From positions 145,259 through 209,258 of the forward strand of contig CAURII010000002.1 of the NCBI GenBank assembly GCA_963525425.1: DNA of 64,000 bases. The letters run 5' to 3'. Shown here piece by piece: positions 20,883 through 30,918 of the stretch. Within the stretch, counting starts at the first letter, position 1. Every line of letters begins with the position of its first letter. This DNA is from an uncultured Candidatus Saccharibacteria bacterium (GTDB taxonomy: Bacteria; Patescibacteriota; Saccharimonadia; Saccharimonadales; Saccharimonadaceae). Below the pieces are notes generated by a model. That model made no database searches. It was not told where the DNA came from and worked only from the letters and a program-made list of their open reading frames with translations. The position numbers and the translations under genes are program-made.

Positions 20883-23870
20883 TTAGCGACGCTTTAATAG
20901 TACTAATACTATTCCAGCCAGGCTGATGATAGCTGCAGCCGAGAGGACAATTGGTAAGCTGTTACCAGTATTAGCTAGCGACGTACGGCTGCCACTACTC
21001 TTGCTGTTAGTAGTGCTATTATTATTGCCCGCCTCTCTTTCATAGATGCCAACTGGGTCAACAATGACACCATTGGTTGCTCCGTCTTCGTCTCCAAAGC
21101 CACCGTCGGTCAGACTGTAGGAAATAGTGGTGTATTTACCGTCAGCTGAGATGCCGAAGGTGACATGGCTGGTGATGTCTTCTTTGAGAGTGTTATTGGC
21201 TATTTTAGCAACAATAAGGTTTTTGGTGTCGCTATAATGTCGACTAAGAGTTAGAGTAACCTGAGTAGTGTAGCCAGTGGCGGCTGTCTGGTTGGTACAA
21301 TTGATAGTGAAGTCGACAACGTCTCTTAGAGTACGATTATTGTATCTTTCTGGTGCAGGTACTGCCTTGACAGAGGCCAGGTTATAACATTTGTTGCCAG
21401 AAGTGGAGACGGTTACAGATCCTCCATGTGGCTGAGTAATGGTAGCCGAGGCGGTTGGGTTGGTTGGATTTGGATTCGGGTTCGGGTTAGGATTAGGATT
21501 TGGATTAGGGTTTGGACTCGGAACAGATATGGCGTTTAGTCTATTCTGAAAAGAGGCCTTTTTAGTTGGATCTTGAACTTTATTAACGATATTTTTGGCA
21601 GTATCGATGGCAGCTTGAGTTTTATTCGTTTCAGCGTTAGCGACAGCAGCTTCGGCGGCAGTCTGAGCAGCTTGTTCTTTCTGCTTGGCTTCATTGACGG
21701 CTTGTTGCAGGTGTTCAGTAGTGGTTGCTACATCGGCAACAGTTGGATTTGGGTTAGATTGGACGTTGCGGGCTTGCTGCAAGGCAGCGGCAACTTCAGA
21801 GTCGTTCTTAATGTAGTTAGATTCGGCTTCAGCAGCAGTGATGGCAGCTTGTAGGGCAGTCTTGTCTGCTCTGAGGTTATTTATGGCAGTTTGCAGCTTG
21901 TCGCGCGAGTCTTGTAGCTCTGCAACTGAGGAGTTACCGGCTAGTGCTTGCTGGCTGGCGGTAATTTGGGTTTGGAGGGCCTGAACAGTAGCGCTAGTCA
22001 TGCCCGTTGTCGATAGGCCCTGCGCCTGACTGATTAGTGTAGATAGACTGGTCTTTGCTGAGTTAATGGCGTTGGTGATGGCATTTAGCCTTGCCTGGAA
22101 AACAGCTTTCCTGTTTGAGTCTTGGACGGTATTGACCTTGGCCTGGGCAGCAGAGACGTCAGATGGACGCTTGCTATTTTCAGCAGCGACAATGGCGGTT
22201 TCAGCGGTAGCCTGGGCGTCTCGCTCTTTCTGCTTGGCAGCCGCCACAGCATTGTTCAAGTTGTTGGTAGCATTCTGGATGTCAGTCTGGCTTGGATTAG
22301 CCTGTACTACTACAGCTTTGGCAGCAGCCAAGGCATTTTTAACATCGTCGTCATTCTTAATGTATTCAGGTTCAGCTTCAGCGGCAGTAATGGCGGCTTG
22401 CAGGGATGAAAGGCCAGCTGGTCGCGGTAGGGTGGCGTTAACGGTCAGCGTTCCGGAGAAGTTAGTAGTGGCCCCGCCAATAGTGATGCTCTTTGTCCAC
22501 GTTGCTTGAGCGGTATGCATTTGGCCGTCATAAATCGGTGAAACGAGCTTTAGATTGCCAGCAGTGTTAGTATCATTGATAAGCGTAGATGAATCTTGAA
22601 TGGCAACAGTCGCACCCGTCTGGTTCTTCAACGGTGAAGCAAATGAATCGACAGTAACACTAGTGACGATTTTCTGGTTGCTGAGATTCAATGATGTTAA
22701 GGAATTAAGTCCAGCAAGCGGCCTCAGGTCGCTAATGGCGTTGTTTTGAAGAGATAGTGATGTCAGTTTCTTTGCCGCCTCTAGTCCTGTTAGATTACTA
22801 ATCAACTGACCAGCTGGAGTACTTGGTGTAGCATCTAAGTTAAGGCTTGTTAGGCTTTCTAATTCAATGTCAGTAATAGTCTGGTCGTTCGTGCGAGCTG
22901 TTCCAAGCTGTGCTGCTAACTTTTGATTGAGCAGGCTACGCAAGTTATTGTCCGGCACGGAAACTGTTTTTGGCTGACGTTGTTTTCTCTGGTACACACG
23001 AACATAGTCAATTGACATAGTTGCTGGAAAATCGGCAATGGATTTGCTGGCATCATTCCATGGTGCGTCAATATAATCACCTCCAATCGCTAGATTAAAG
23101 CGAAGATAAAACGGAATATTGAACGGTCCAGGGTGAGTCGTAGCGTTTGGTTGGCTAAAGTCGTTGATTGTGTGGAATAATTTTCCATCAATATAAAATT
23201 CTAGTTTACCCTCAGTCCACTTGACGCCATATGTGTGCCACTGACTGGCGTCACTAAAGATATCTGAACTCACGCGGCCTTGTTTATGACGTTTGTTACC
23301 TGGCGCAATTCCCCAGTGGGCGTCGGCTGCGGCATAATTTAAATTAGAGCCTTTTGATTCTACGACATCAATCTCACCGCTTGCTGGCCATGAACCGTAT
23401 GTGGCCGTGTTTGGACTCATCCAAAACGCTGGCCAAGTACTTTTATTCGTTGGCATTTTTATGCGGGCTTCAAAATAGCCATATGTCCAATATTTTTTAC
23501 CTTGGGTTTGGACAAATCCAGACGTAAAGTCGAAGTTTTGTCCATTACAAGATCCTCCCGGTTTATATAAGCCGACTAGGTTTAGGCTACCGCCGCTCAC
23601 ATTGACATTTTCGGTTGAATCTCTGTAGCAGGTTTGGACATTACTCGCTCCCCATTTTCCGGTATAATATTTCCAAGAATTTGTATCAAGCGACGTGCCG
23701 TTAAACTCGTCTTGCCAGACTAATTCATAGTTTGATTCGGTTGTTGGATCGGTTCCGTTGGCTTTATTCATTGGCAATGCAAAAAGCGTACCGCCAGCGA
23801 CTAAACCAACCGTCATCAGCCCAAACAATAACTTTAATTTTATATTTGAAAGTTGTTTTTTTATTAACAT
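20883..23870 (-). CDS. Surface-anchored GH16 glycoside hydrolase with LRR, helical repeats, PN linker, choice-of-anchor-U-like domain and LAxTG sorting signal
   Basis: Signal peptide; LVWQDEF, WPAFWM and GEIDVVE (GH16 ExDxxE); LRR (LEAAKKLTSLSLQNNAISDLRPL); duplicated LQAAITAAEAE.YIKND unit; (PN)n; LTDGGFGDEDG..NGVIVDP; LANTG + TM + KRR. Confidence 0.88.
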   Translation of the reverse strand: MLIKKQLSNIKLKLLFGLMTVGLVAGGTLFALPMNKANGTDPTTESNYELVWQDEFNGTSLDTNSWKYYTGKWGASNVQTCYRDSTENVNVSGGSLNLVGLYKPGGSCNGQNFDFTSGFVQTQGKKYWTYGYFEARIKMPTNKSTWPAFWMSPNTATYGSWPASGEIDVVESKGSNLNYAAADAHWGIAPGNKRHKQGRVSSDIFSDASQWHTYGVKWTEGKLEFYIDGKLFHTINDFSQPNATTHPGPFNIPFYLRFNLAIGGDYIDAPWNDASKSIADFPATMSIDYVRVYQRKQRQPKTVSVPDNNLRSLLNQKLAAQLGTARTNDQTITDIELESLTSLNLDATPSTPAGQLISNLTGLEAAKKLTSLSLQNNAISDLRPLAGLNSLTSLNLSNQKIVTSVTVDSFASPLKNQTGATVAIQDSSTLINDTNTAGNLKLVSPIYDGQMHTAQATWTKSITIGGATTNFSGTLTVNATLPRPAGLSSLQAAITAAEAEPEYIKNDDDVKNALAAAKAVVVQANPSQTDIQNATNNLNNAVAAAKQKERDAQATAETAIVAAENSKRPSDVSAAQAKVNTVQDSNRKAVFQARLNAITNAINSAKTSLSTLISQAQGLSTTGMTSATVQALQTQITASQQALAGNSSVAELQDSRDKLQTAINNLRADKTALQAAITAAEAESNYIKNDSEVAAALQQARNVQSNPNPTVADVATTTEHLQQAVNEAKQKEQAAQTAAEAAVANAETNKTQAAIDTAKNIVNKVQDPTKKASFQNRLNAISVPSPNPNPNPNPNPNPNPNPTNPTASATITQPHGGSVTVSTSGNKCYNLASVKAVPAPERYNNRTLRDVVDFTINCTNQTAATGYTTQVTLTLSRHYSDTKNLIVAKIANNTLKEDITSHVTFGISADGKYTTISYSLTDGGFGDEDGATNGVIVDPVGIYEREAGNNNSTTNSKSSGSRTSLANTGNSLPIVLSAAAIISLAGIVLVLLKRR

Positions 23871-24054
23871 ACATCCCCTCCGGACTAATTGCTCAATAGC
23901 ACTATAACAATAAGTAGGATAAAAGTAAAGCTTTGTTGATATATTCAGTAAATTTTAACAGGATTAAGTAGTAACTTTTGTGCAGCTTTCTTCATTAAAG
24001 AGGGTAACACAAGTAAAGGTGATTAGTCTAATAGCTAAAGAAGCGGTGAATAGC

Positions 24055-24087
24055 TTAAAGCAAAATTACAGACTCCTCATCTATAGT
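24055..24087 (+). promoter_or_regulatory. CiaR/OmpR-type direct-repeat box plus -10 element
   Basis: TTAAAG-CAAAA-TTACAG, 10 bp, TATAGT; second copy at 27379. Confidence 0.7.
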
Positions 24088-24094
24088 TGCTTAC

Positions 24095-26815
24095 ATGACT
24101 ACGAAAGCAGCAACCATACCCCAATCGCTGGCTCGGCCGCGACACCTCGCCACTACCGAGAGCCAGCCGTCATTTCGGGCGATTACCTGTCCGCTTATTG
24201 ACATTGTCGTACCAGTGTTAAATGAGGAGAAGATTCTTCAAAAAAGTATCACGACGCTTGATGAGTATATGGCGAAACACCTGCCGTATCGCTATCAAAT
24301 CACCATCGCGGACAACGGCAGCCAGGATCAGACGCTGGAAATCGCCAAGAACTTAGCGGAAAAGCACCAGTCAGTGATGGTGGTGAGCCTAGCGGAGCGC
24401 GGTCGCGGACGAGCGCTCAAAAGGGTCTGGCAGAATAGCTCAGCCGACATCTTGACCTATATGGATGTTGATCTGTCGACCAGTTTGGATGATTTTCTGC
24501 CGATGATTCAGCCGTTAGTGGCGGGCGAAGCTGGCGTGGCGATTGGTTCGCGGCTGATGAAAGATTCTAGAACTAGTCGTGGCGTGAAGCGGGAGTTCAT
24601 CTCGCGTTGCTATAATAAAATCATCAAATGGACGTCGCGTACCAAGTTTAGTGACGCGCAGTGCGGTTTCAAGGCGATTCGACGGGATGTTGCCGCAAAA
24701 TTCTTACCGAAAATCAAAGACAATGAGTGGTTTTTCGACACTGAATTGTTGATCAAAACTGAGCGGGCGGGTGTGCCGATTCATGAGCAACCGGTGACTT
24801 GGATTGAGGATACGGATAGCCGCGTGAAAATTGTGAAAACGGCTGTCGATGATCTGAAGGGATTATACCGCGTCAATAAGGAACTAGACAAACGGTCGTG
24901 GTTTGAGAGGTGGACGCTACCGGTGCTGTTGGCGCTGACTGGTGTGCTGTACTTGTTTGGTGCGCTCCATAATGGCATGGCGAATAGTTACTATGCGGCG
25001 GCGGTGCAGGCGGCCAGTCAGGATTGGACGGCGTGGTTGTTTGGCAGTCTGGACGCGGCCAATTATGTGTCGGTTGATAAGCCGCCACTAGCGACGATGG
25101 TGATGGGACTGAGCACTCGGTTGTTTGGTTTTTCGAGCTTTTCGATGTTGCTGCCAAGTGTGCTGGCGGGAGTTGGTTCGGTGTGGCTGGTGTACGGGGC
25201 AGTAAAACGGCAGTTCGGCTTCACTAGTGCCGTGATTGCTGGAGCGACACTGATGCTAACGCCAGTGGCGGCGCTGATGTTTGGTTTCAATAATCCTGAT
25301 GCAATTTTGACACTGATGTTGACCGCTAGTGGCTACGCGTTTTTACGCTCGCTGGAAGGGAAGCGACCACTGCTGTGGTTGGGTCTAGCAGGGCTATTCA
25401 CCGGGCTAGCATTTAACGCCAAAATGCTCCAAGGGCTGATGGTGTTACCAGCGATGGTAGTGGTCTATCTGGTGTTTGCCAGGCCGCCGATTGTAACGCG
25501 ATTTTTACACGTGATGTTTGCCGGCGTCATCACCACAATGTCGACGCTGTGGTGGAGCGTGCTGGTCTGGCTGACGCCAGCTGGTAGCCGGCCGTGGGTG
25601 GGTAGCACTAATGATAACAATATTTGGAGTTTGATTTTTGGCTATAACGGCTTTGGTCGACTACTTGGTGGGCGTGGTGGAGGCGGTGGCCCAGGTGGTA
25701 CGCCACCAAGTGGCGGTATGGGCGGTGGTACAACACTTCAAGCTGCTGGTAATACCACGCAAACTGCGACAGATGGCGCCGGTATGATACCGGGTGGTAT
25801 GGGCGGTGGCCCCGGTGGCGGACGCGGTCCAGGCGGTACGGGCTTCGGTGGGCAGACGGGAATTTTTAGGATCTTTAACAATGATTTTGGGCCAAATATT
25901 GCTTGGCTGTTGGTATTGGCTCTGGCAGGAGGCGGATTATTGCTGTGGATTTTGCGTAAAACACCCCGAACGAATCGTGGGCGGGCGGCAGTAATTTTCT
26001 GGATGCTGTGGCTACTGATTCACATCGTGATTTTCAGTATGACCAGCGGCGTAATTCACCCGTACTACGTAGTGGTGATGGCGCCAGCGGTGGCGGCACT
26101 CGTTGGTATCAGCCTGCCGTTTCTGTGGGGCGCGTATACCAGATGCAAACCATATGCGTGGCTACTGCCGGTGTTGGTTGGTGTGACGGCAGCGATTGCA
26201 GTGATGATCCTCGGTTACGCTGGGACGATGACGTGGCTGATGTGGATAGTGGGTCTATTGGGCCTGGCGGGGATGATTGGATTATTAATCAATCTTTACG
26301 CACCGCGCCGGTGGCTGCAAAACTTGGCAATCGTCACTGCCCTAGCTGCCTGCACACTCGCTCTGACGGTGTATACCTTAGCGACAGTCAACGTCGCGCG
26401 CACTGGTAGTATTCCGACGGCCGGACCGAGTTCGACGGCGATGCGGGGCAGTAATAATGAAACATCACAGGCCGATAGTCAGTTAGTGCAATATCTCTTA
26501 CGTAATCAAAATGGCGCAACTTGGCTGGTGGCAGTAGCCAGCGCCAACGAGTCGGCAGCGATTCAGCTGACCAGCGGCCAGCCGGTCATGGCAGTCGGTG
26601 GATTTAACGGTAGCGATACGCCGCTGACGCTGGAACAATTTAAGCAATTAGTGAAGGATGGCAAGGTCAGCTATTACGCCATCAGCTTACATCGTCGCGG
26701 TGGCGGCGGCCCAGGCGGCGGTAATAATGAAATCACGGCATGGGTCAAGCAGACGGTTACAGTCGTTAATTATGGAGGTAGCGATGTAACACTATACAAA
26801 CTGTCTGCAACGTAA
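24095..26815 (+). CDS. Fused GT2 (polyprenol-P-sugar synthase) and GT39/ArnT-like GT-C transferase
   Basis: N-terminal VVPVLNEE, DNGS.D, YMDVDLS, DAQCGFKA, WFFDTE; C-terminal N.YYAAAV, VDKPP, FNNPD, Gly-rich loops, GGFNGSD. Confidence 0.87.
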   Translation: MTTKAATIPQSLARPRHLATTESQPSFRAITCPLIDIVVPVLNEEKILQKSITTLDEYMAKHLPYRYQITIADNGSQDQTLEIAKNLAEKHQSVMVVSLAERGRGRALKRVWQNSSADILTYMDVDLSTSLDDFLPMIQPLVAGEAGVAIGSRLMKDSRTSRGVKREFISRCYNKIIKWTSRTKFSDAQCGFKAIRRDVAAKFLPKIKDNEWFFDTELLIKTERAGVPIHEQPVTWIEDTDSRVKIVKTAVDDLKGLYRVNKELDKRSWFERWTLPVLLALTGVLYLFGALHNGMANSYYAAAVQAASQDWTAWLFGSLDAANYVSVDKPPLATMVMGLSTRLFGFSSFSMLLPSVLAGVGSVWLVYGAVKRQFGFTSAVIAGATLMLTPVAALMFGFNNPDAILTLMLTASGYAFLRSLEGKRPLLWLGLAGLFTGLAFNAKMLQGLMVLPAMVVVYLVFARPPIVTRFLHVMFAGVITTMSTLWWSVLVWLTPAGSRPWVGSTNDNNIWSLIFGYNGFGRLLGGRGGGGGPGGTPPSGGMGGGTTLQAAGNTTQTATDGAGMIPGGMGGGPGGGRGPGGTGFGGQTGIFRIFNNDFGPNIAWLLVLALAGGGLLLWILRKTPRTNRGRAAVIFWMLWLLIHIVIFSMTSGVIHPYYVVVMAPAVAALVGISLPFLWGAYTRCKPYAWLLPVLVGVTAAIAVMILGYAGTMTWLMWIVGLLGLAGMIGLLINLYAPRRWLQNLAIVTALAACTLALTVYTLATVNVARTGSIPTAGPSSTAMRGSNNETSQADSQLVQYLLRNQNGATWLVAVASANESAAIQLTSGQPVMAVGGFNGSDTPLTLEQFKQLVKDGKVSYYAISLHRRGGGGPGGGNNEITAWVKQTVTVVNYGGSDVTLYKLSAT

Positions 26816-26834
26816 ACTAACGAAAGGAGAAATT

Positions 26835-27281
26835 ATGGCAATTTCACAAACCAAACAAGCACAGCTCACCACGCCAGAAGCGGTCTATGATCAGCCGCCT
26901 GCGCCGCGTCCGAATGGTACGAATTCTGGCAAGAATGGGTTGAGCGCCGGGGCAATCACCGGCCTAGCGGTCGGCGGCGTCGTGGCCTGTGCGCTCAGCT
27001 TTGTCGTCGGTATGCAGGTCGGTGGTTCGCAAAATGGTGGCATGAACAATCAGGCTGGTGGCCCGCCGGGTATGAGTCGAAGTCAGAATGGTCAGCCAGG
27101 TGGGCCGGGTGGACAAACGGGCGGCGTACCGACTAGCGGCCAGAACCAGACTGGTCAAAATTCACAAACGCCAGCGACGCAGAATAATAACGGTACAGGA
27201 CAAAATAACCAAACTACGCCGTCGTCACAGACCGGCTCAGTACAGCCGCCAACCACCAACACCGCGCCGCAGTCCAATTAA
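26835..27281 (+). CDS. Single-TM protein with G/Q/T low-complexity tail
   Basis: SD AAGGAG; TM AITGLAVGGVVACALSFVVGM. Confidence 0.7.
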   Translation: MAISQTKQAQLTTPEAVYDQPPAPRPNGTNSGKNGLSAGAITGLAVGGVVACALSFVVGMQVGGSQNGGMNNQAGGPPGMSRSQNGQPGGPGGQTGGVPTSGQNQTGQNSQTPATQNNNGTGQNNQTTPSSQTGSVQPPTTNTAPQSN

Positions 27282-27299
27282 CCAGCGGTGAACTAACAC

Positions 27300-27334
27300 A
27301 AAAGCAGCGTCTACCTCCTCGGGCGCTGCTTTTT
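27300..27334 (+). terminator. Intrinsic terminator
   Basis: AAAAGCAGCGTCT...GGGCGCTGCTTTTT stem-loop. Confidence 0.65.
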
Positions 27335-27378
27335 CGTGCGGTAATTCTCGCACCAATAACCAACACCAGCCCCAACCT

Positions 27379-27411
27379 TTTAAGCAAAATTACAGATTGT
27401 TTGGCTATCAT
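27379..27411 (+). promoter_or_regulatory. CiaR/OmpR-type direct-repeat box plus -10 element
   Basis: TTTAAG-CAAAA-TTACAG, 10 bp, TATCAT. Confidence 0.7.
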
Positions 27412-27433
27412 ACACTAATCATTAACAGAAAGG

Positions 27434-27712
27434 ATGATCATGAACAATGTGCAAGCAAACGAAATCAACTTAACCACTAACGAGGCGCTGGTGTTGCAGC
27501 AAGTCTATGAAGACGGCGGTGACGATGCGGCCATGCTGGCAGCGCAAATGGGCATGCCACGTCGAACGGCGATGAACGTGCTGGCGGACTTGCGGCGTAA
27601 AGGTTTGATGGCAATCGACCAAGCCTATGGTGATGCTTGGGTGCGGCTAACGACGCGTGGCAAACGGCTGGTGCAGCGAATTTGGCCAGAGGTGCAAGCG
27701 ATAGTATACTAA
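27434..27712 (+). CDS. Small winged helix-turn-helix protein
   Basis: LTTNEALVL...LAAQMGMPRRTAMNVLADLRRKGL...VRLTTRGK. Confidence 0.7.
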   Translation: MIMNNVQANEINLTTNEALVLQQVYEDGGDDAAMLAAQMGMPRRTAMNVLADLRRKGLMAIDQAYGDAWVRLTTRGKRLVQRIWPEVQAIVY

Positions 27713-27717
27713 AGGGT

Positions 27718-28251
27718 ATGAGATATATCCTGTTGCTTCGGGGAATTAATGTTGGTGGTAAAAATAAAGTCTCCATGGAAAACCTCACGGCAAGCCTCGA
27801 AGATTTGGGGTATCAGCATGTCGTAACTTATATCAATAGTGGTAACGTCATATTTGATACTGATGATGACCTGACGACAATCAAACAGAATATCGCTGGC
27901 ATATTAGGGTGTTTTCCGTTTACCATCAAACACGTCGTTCTGACGAAAGACGAGTATTTAGATGAGATGTCTGGTCTACCAGAGTGGTGGCACCAACCCT
28001 TGGCGCGAAAAGATGTATTGTTCTATACCGATGGCGTCGAGCCTGAATACATCAAGGAACGGATCGGTCAGATGCCGCTTCACGATGAGATTATTCATTT
28101 TGGAAAAAAGGCGATATTTTGGGGTAAATATAGCGAGAAAGAATTTTTGCGTACCTCATACCATAGGCTACTACTGAAAGAAAAGTTTTACCCACTGATC
28201 ACCATCCGCAATGGGCGAACATTTGATACGTTAGGAAAGATGCTGGGATAG
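27718..28251 (+). CDS. DUF1697-family protein
   Basis: MRYILLLRGINVGGKNKV.M, V.TYINSGNV.F, TIRN. Confidence 0.85.
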   Translation: MRYILLLRGINVGGKNKVSMENLTASLEDLGYQHVVTYINSGNVIFDTDDDLTTIKQNIAGILGCFPFTIKHVVLTKDEYLDEMSGLPEWWHQPLARKDVLFYTDGVEPEYIKERIGQMPLHDEIIHFGKKAIFWGKYSEKEFLRTSYHRLLLKEKFYPLITIRNGRTFDTLGKMLG

Positions 28252-28254
28252 GTT

Positions 28255-28929
28255 ATGAGAATTTTACTAGTAGAAGATGACGTGGCGATTGCCCAATCGC
28301 TGAAAGAAGGCCTGGAGGATGAAGCCTATGCGGTCGATGTGGCGCATGATGGTGACGAGGGGTATCGGACGGCGACGGCGGATGACTATGACGTGATTAT
28401 TCTTGATGTGATGCTGCCAGAAATGAATGGCTACGAGGTGTGCCGGGCGCTGTGCAAAGATGGTAATCAGACGCCGATTTTGATGTTGACAGCACGTGAT
28501 GCCGAGCGGGATATTGTCGAAGGCTTGGACGTGGGCGCTGATGATTATTTGGCGAAGCCGTTTAGTTTTGAGGTGTTGTTGGCGCGTCTTCGCGCCTTGC
28601 TGCGCCGTCCGAATGAGAAGCTGGAAGAAGTTTTGCGGGTTGGTGATTTGACGCTTGATCCGAGTTTGAAAAAAGTGACGCGTGCCGCGCAGGAAATTAG
28701 CCTAACTGCCAAAGAATACGCTGTGTTGGAGTATCTGATGCGCAACGCCGGCAAGGTCCTGTCCAAAGAGCAGATCATCTCGCATGTGTGGGATTTTGAT
28801 GCCGATGTCTTGCCGAACAATGTTGAATTATTTGTTATGTTTTTGCGCCGAAAAATCGACAAACCATTTGACTCAAAATTGATCCACACCGTCCCGGGCT
28901 TTGGCTACAAACTGGAGGATAAATCATGA
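28255..28929 (+). CDS. OmpR/PhoB-family response regulator
   Basis: ILLVEDD, LDVMLP, MLTA, GADDYLAKPF, LTAKEY, IHTVPGFGY. Confidence 0.95.
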   Translation: MRILLVEDDVAIAQSLKEGLEDEAYAVDVAHDGDEGYRTATADDYDVIILDVMLPEMNGYEVCRALCKDGNQTPILMLTARDAERDIVEGLDVGADDYLAKPFSFEVLLARLRALLRRPNEKLEEVLRVGDLTLDPSLKKVTRAAQEISLTAKEYAVLEYLMRNAGKVLSKEQIISHVWDFDADVLPNNVELFVMFLRRKIDKPFDSKLIHTVPGFGYKLEDKS

Positions 28930-29894
28930 AACAGCAGCGCGTCAGGCGGTTGGCACTGAGCTATCTGGCAGTAATTATGACGCTGTCACTGGCCTTTAGT
29001 GTGATTATTTATGCTATCACTTCCGTACAATTAAATCGTCCATTGCCGCCGGGCGAACAGGCTCAGCAACCGCCAGAGCTTATTGAGCGTCAGTTTAGTC
29101 GCCGCCTAGAGCAGCGCAACCGCGAGACACGCGGGTCGGTGATCATGTCGTTGGCGGTATTGAACGGGGTGATGCTGCTGGTTGGCTATTGGCTGAGTCT
29201 GCTATTGGCACGTCGGACATTGGCACCAATTGAGCGGTCGATTGAGCAGCAAGTACAGTTTGTGTCGGATGCGAGCCATGAACTGCGGACGCCATTGACA
29301 GCATTGATGACCACCAACGAAGTGGCGCTATGCAAAAAAACGCTGGATGACGACAGGGCGAGGGTGGTGTTTCAGCGCAACATTGACGAGGTTGAACAAT
29401 TGCGCACACTGACGGATAATTTGTTGCAACTTACCCAGGTTAATAATCAGCAGATTGAAAAACGGGCAGTCGATATGGCCGAGCTTGTCCACGACACAGT
29501 TGATCGCTACCAGCCGGCAGCTGACAGGAAACGAGTGGCACTGGATATGCAAGTGGCATCAATAACACACACAGTAGCGGTCACGGCGGTGACGCAAATT
29601 TTAGGCACACTGATTGATAACGCTATCAAATACTCATCATCAGGTAGTACAGTGGTGATTCGGCTGGACGGACAAACGCTATCAGTTATCGACCAAGGCA
29701 TTGGCATCACCAAACAAGACCAGGCGAAAATTTTCAACAGATTTTACCGTAGCGATGAAGCGCGCACACGTGGGCACAGTTCGGGCTATGGACTCGGACT
29801 GGCTATCGCTAGGGCGGTGGCTGATAAGAACGGTTATCAATTGAGCGTTAAAAGCGAAGCGGGTCAGGGCTCTACCTTCAGCTTACATTTCTGA
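28926..29894 (+). CDS. Sensor histidine kinase with short extracytoplasmic loop
   Basis: Two TMs; ASHELRTPL, LIDNAIKYS, DQGIGI, FYR, GYGLGLAIA. Confidence 0.93.
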   Translation: MKQQRVRRLALSYLAVIMTLSLAFSVIIYAITSVQLNRPLPPGEQAQQPPELIERQFSRRLEQRNRETRGSVIMSLAVLNGVMLLVGYWLSLLLARRTLAPIERSIEQQVQFVSDASHELRTPLTALMTTNEVALCKKTLDDDRARVVFQRNIDEVEQLRTLTDNLLQLTQVNNQQIEKRAVDMAELVHDTVDRYQPAADRKRVALDMQVASITHTVAVTAVTQILGTLIDNAIKYSSSGSTVVIRLDGQTLSVIDQGIGITKQDQAKIFNRFYRSDEARTRGHSSGYGLGLAIARAVADKNGYQLSVKSEAGQGSTFSLHF

Positions 29895-30012
29895 TAGTTG
29901 ACCAGTTGATCGCTTACAATTAATAAAAGTTAAGTTTTGGTTTGGTGGTGTAAACGTCCACTATGCGATATACTGAAACCATAGCAAATAATGACTATGA
30001 AAAGGAGTCGTT

Positions 30013-30918
30013 ATGAGTGATAATTCGCCACTAATCTTACACGGGCTGACCAAGCGCTTTGGTCATAAACTGGTAGTCGACAATGTGTCGCTGGAGCTGC
30101 GTGAAGGCGAGGTGTTTGGTTTTCTTGGGCCGAATGGTGCGGGTAAAAGCACGACGATTCGGTCGGTGATGGATTTTTTGAGGCCGACGGACGGCTGGGT
30201 AGAGTTGCTGGGTGGACGGAATTCCGCGGAACGAACAGCCCTTCATGATCAGGTTGGGTATCTGGCGGGCGACATCGCCCTGTATGAAACTATGACTGGC
30301 CGGAAATTGCTGAAGTTTTTGGCGCGGACGGGTCGAAAGGTTGATTGGCGCTATGTTGATGAATTGGCTGGGCGTTTTGAGGCGGCACTGGATCGACCGA
30401 TTCGTCAACTTTCCAAGGGTAATCGTCAGAAAATTGGCCTGATTCAAGCTTTTATGCACCGTCCGAAACTATTGATTTTGGATGAGCCAACCAGCGGGCT
30501 GGATCCGCTGATGAAGCAAGTATTTTACGATTTGGTGCGCGAAGTTTCTGGGCAAGGCGCCACGGTGTTTGTCAGCAGTCACGATCTGGCTGAAGTGCAA
30601 AAAATTTGCCACCGCGCTGGCTTTATTCGTGATGGAAAATTGATTGCCATTGAACACATCGCGACCATGAAGAACCTGTCAACACACCGCTACATTGTGA
30701 CCTTTGCCAAAAAACCGCTCCTGGCGGCAGCCAAAAAACTACCATCCATCACCGACGTCCAACGTCGCGGCGACGAATACGAATTTACTGTCAAGGGCGA
30801 CGCAGCGGAGTTTGTCTCGTTCATCGCCGAATACAAACCAAAACTATTGCGCGAATTAGAGTTGGAACTAGAGGAATTATTCATGCGGTATTATGAAGGT
30901 GAGGAGGCAAAGCGATGA
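30013..30918 (+). CDS. ABC transporter ATP-binding protein
   Basis: GPNGAGKST, LSKGNRQK, ILDEPTSGLDP, SSH. Confidence 0.93.
   Translation: MSDNSPLILHGLTKRFGHKLVVDNVSLELREGEVFGFLGPNGAGKSTTIRSVMDFLRPTDGWVELLGGRNSAERTALHDQVGYLAGDIALYETMTGRKLLKFLARTGRKVDWRYVDELAGRFEAALDRPIRQLSKGNRQKIGLIQAFMHRPKLLILDEPTSGLDPLMKQVFYDLVREVSGQGATVFVSSHDLAEVQKICHRAGFIRDGKLIAIEHIATMKNLSTHRYIVTFAKKPLLAAAKKLPSITDVQRRGDEYEFTVKGDAAEFVSFIAEYKPKLLRELELELEELFMRYYEGEEAKR

Noticed and set aside
21460..21522. Hexamer tandem repeat as a non-coding element
   Set aside because: It is the degenerate coding of the (PN)n linker in the GH16 protein.
20659..23870. tRNA-Asn as an integration site for an island
   Set aside because: No duplicated tRNA 3' end or integrase noticed in the window.
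25670..25860. GGC/GGT-rich repeats
   Set aside because: They encode the Gly-rich loop typical of this GT39 family.
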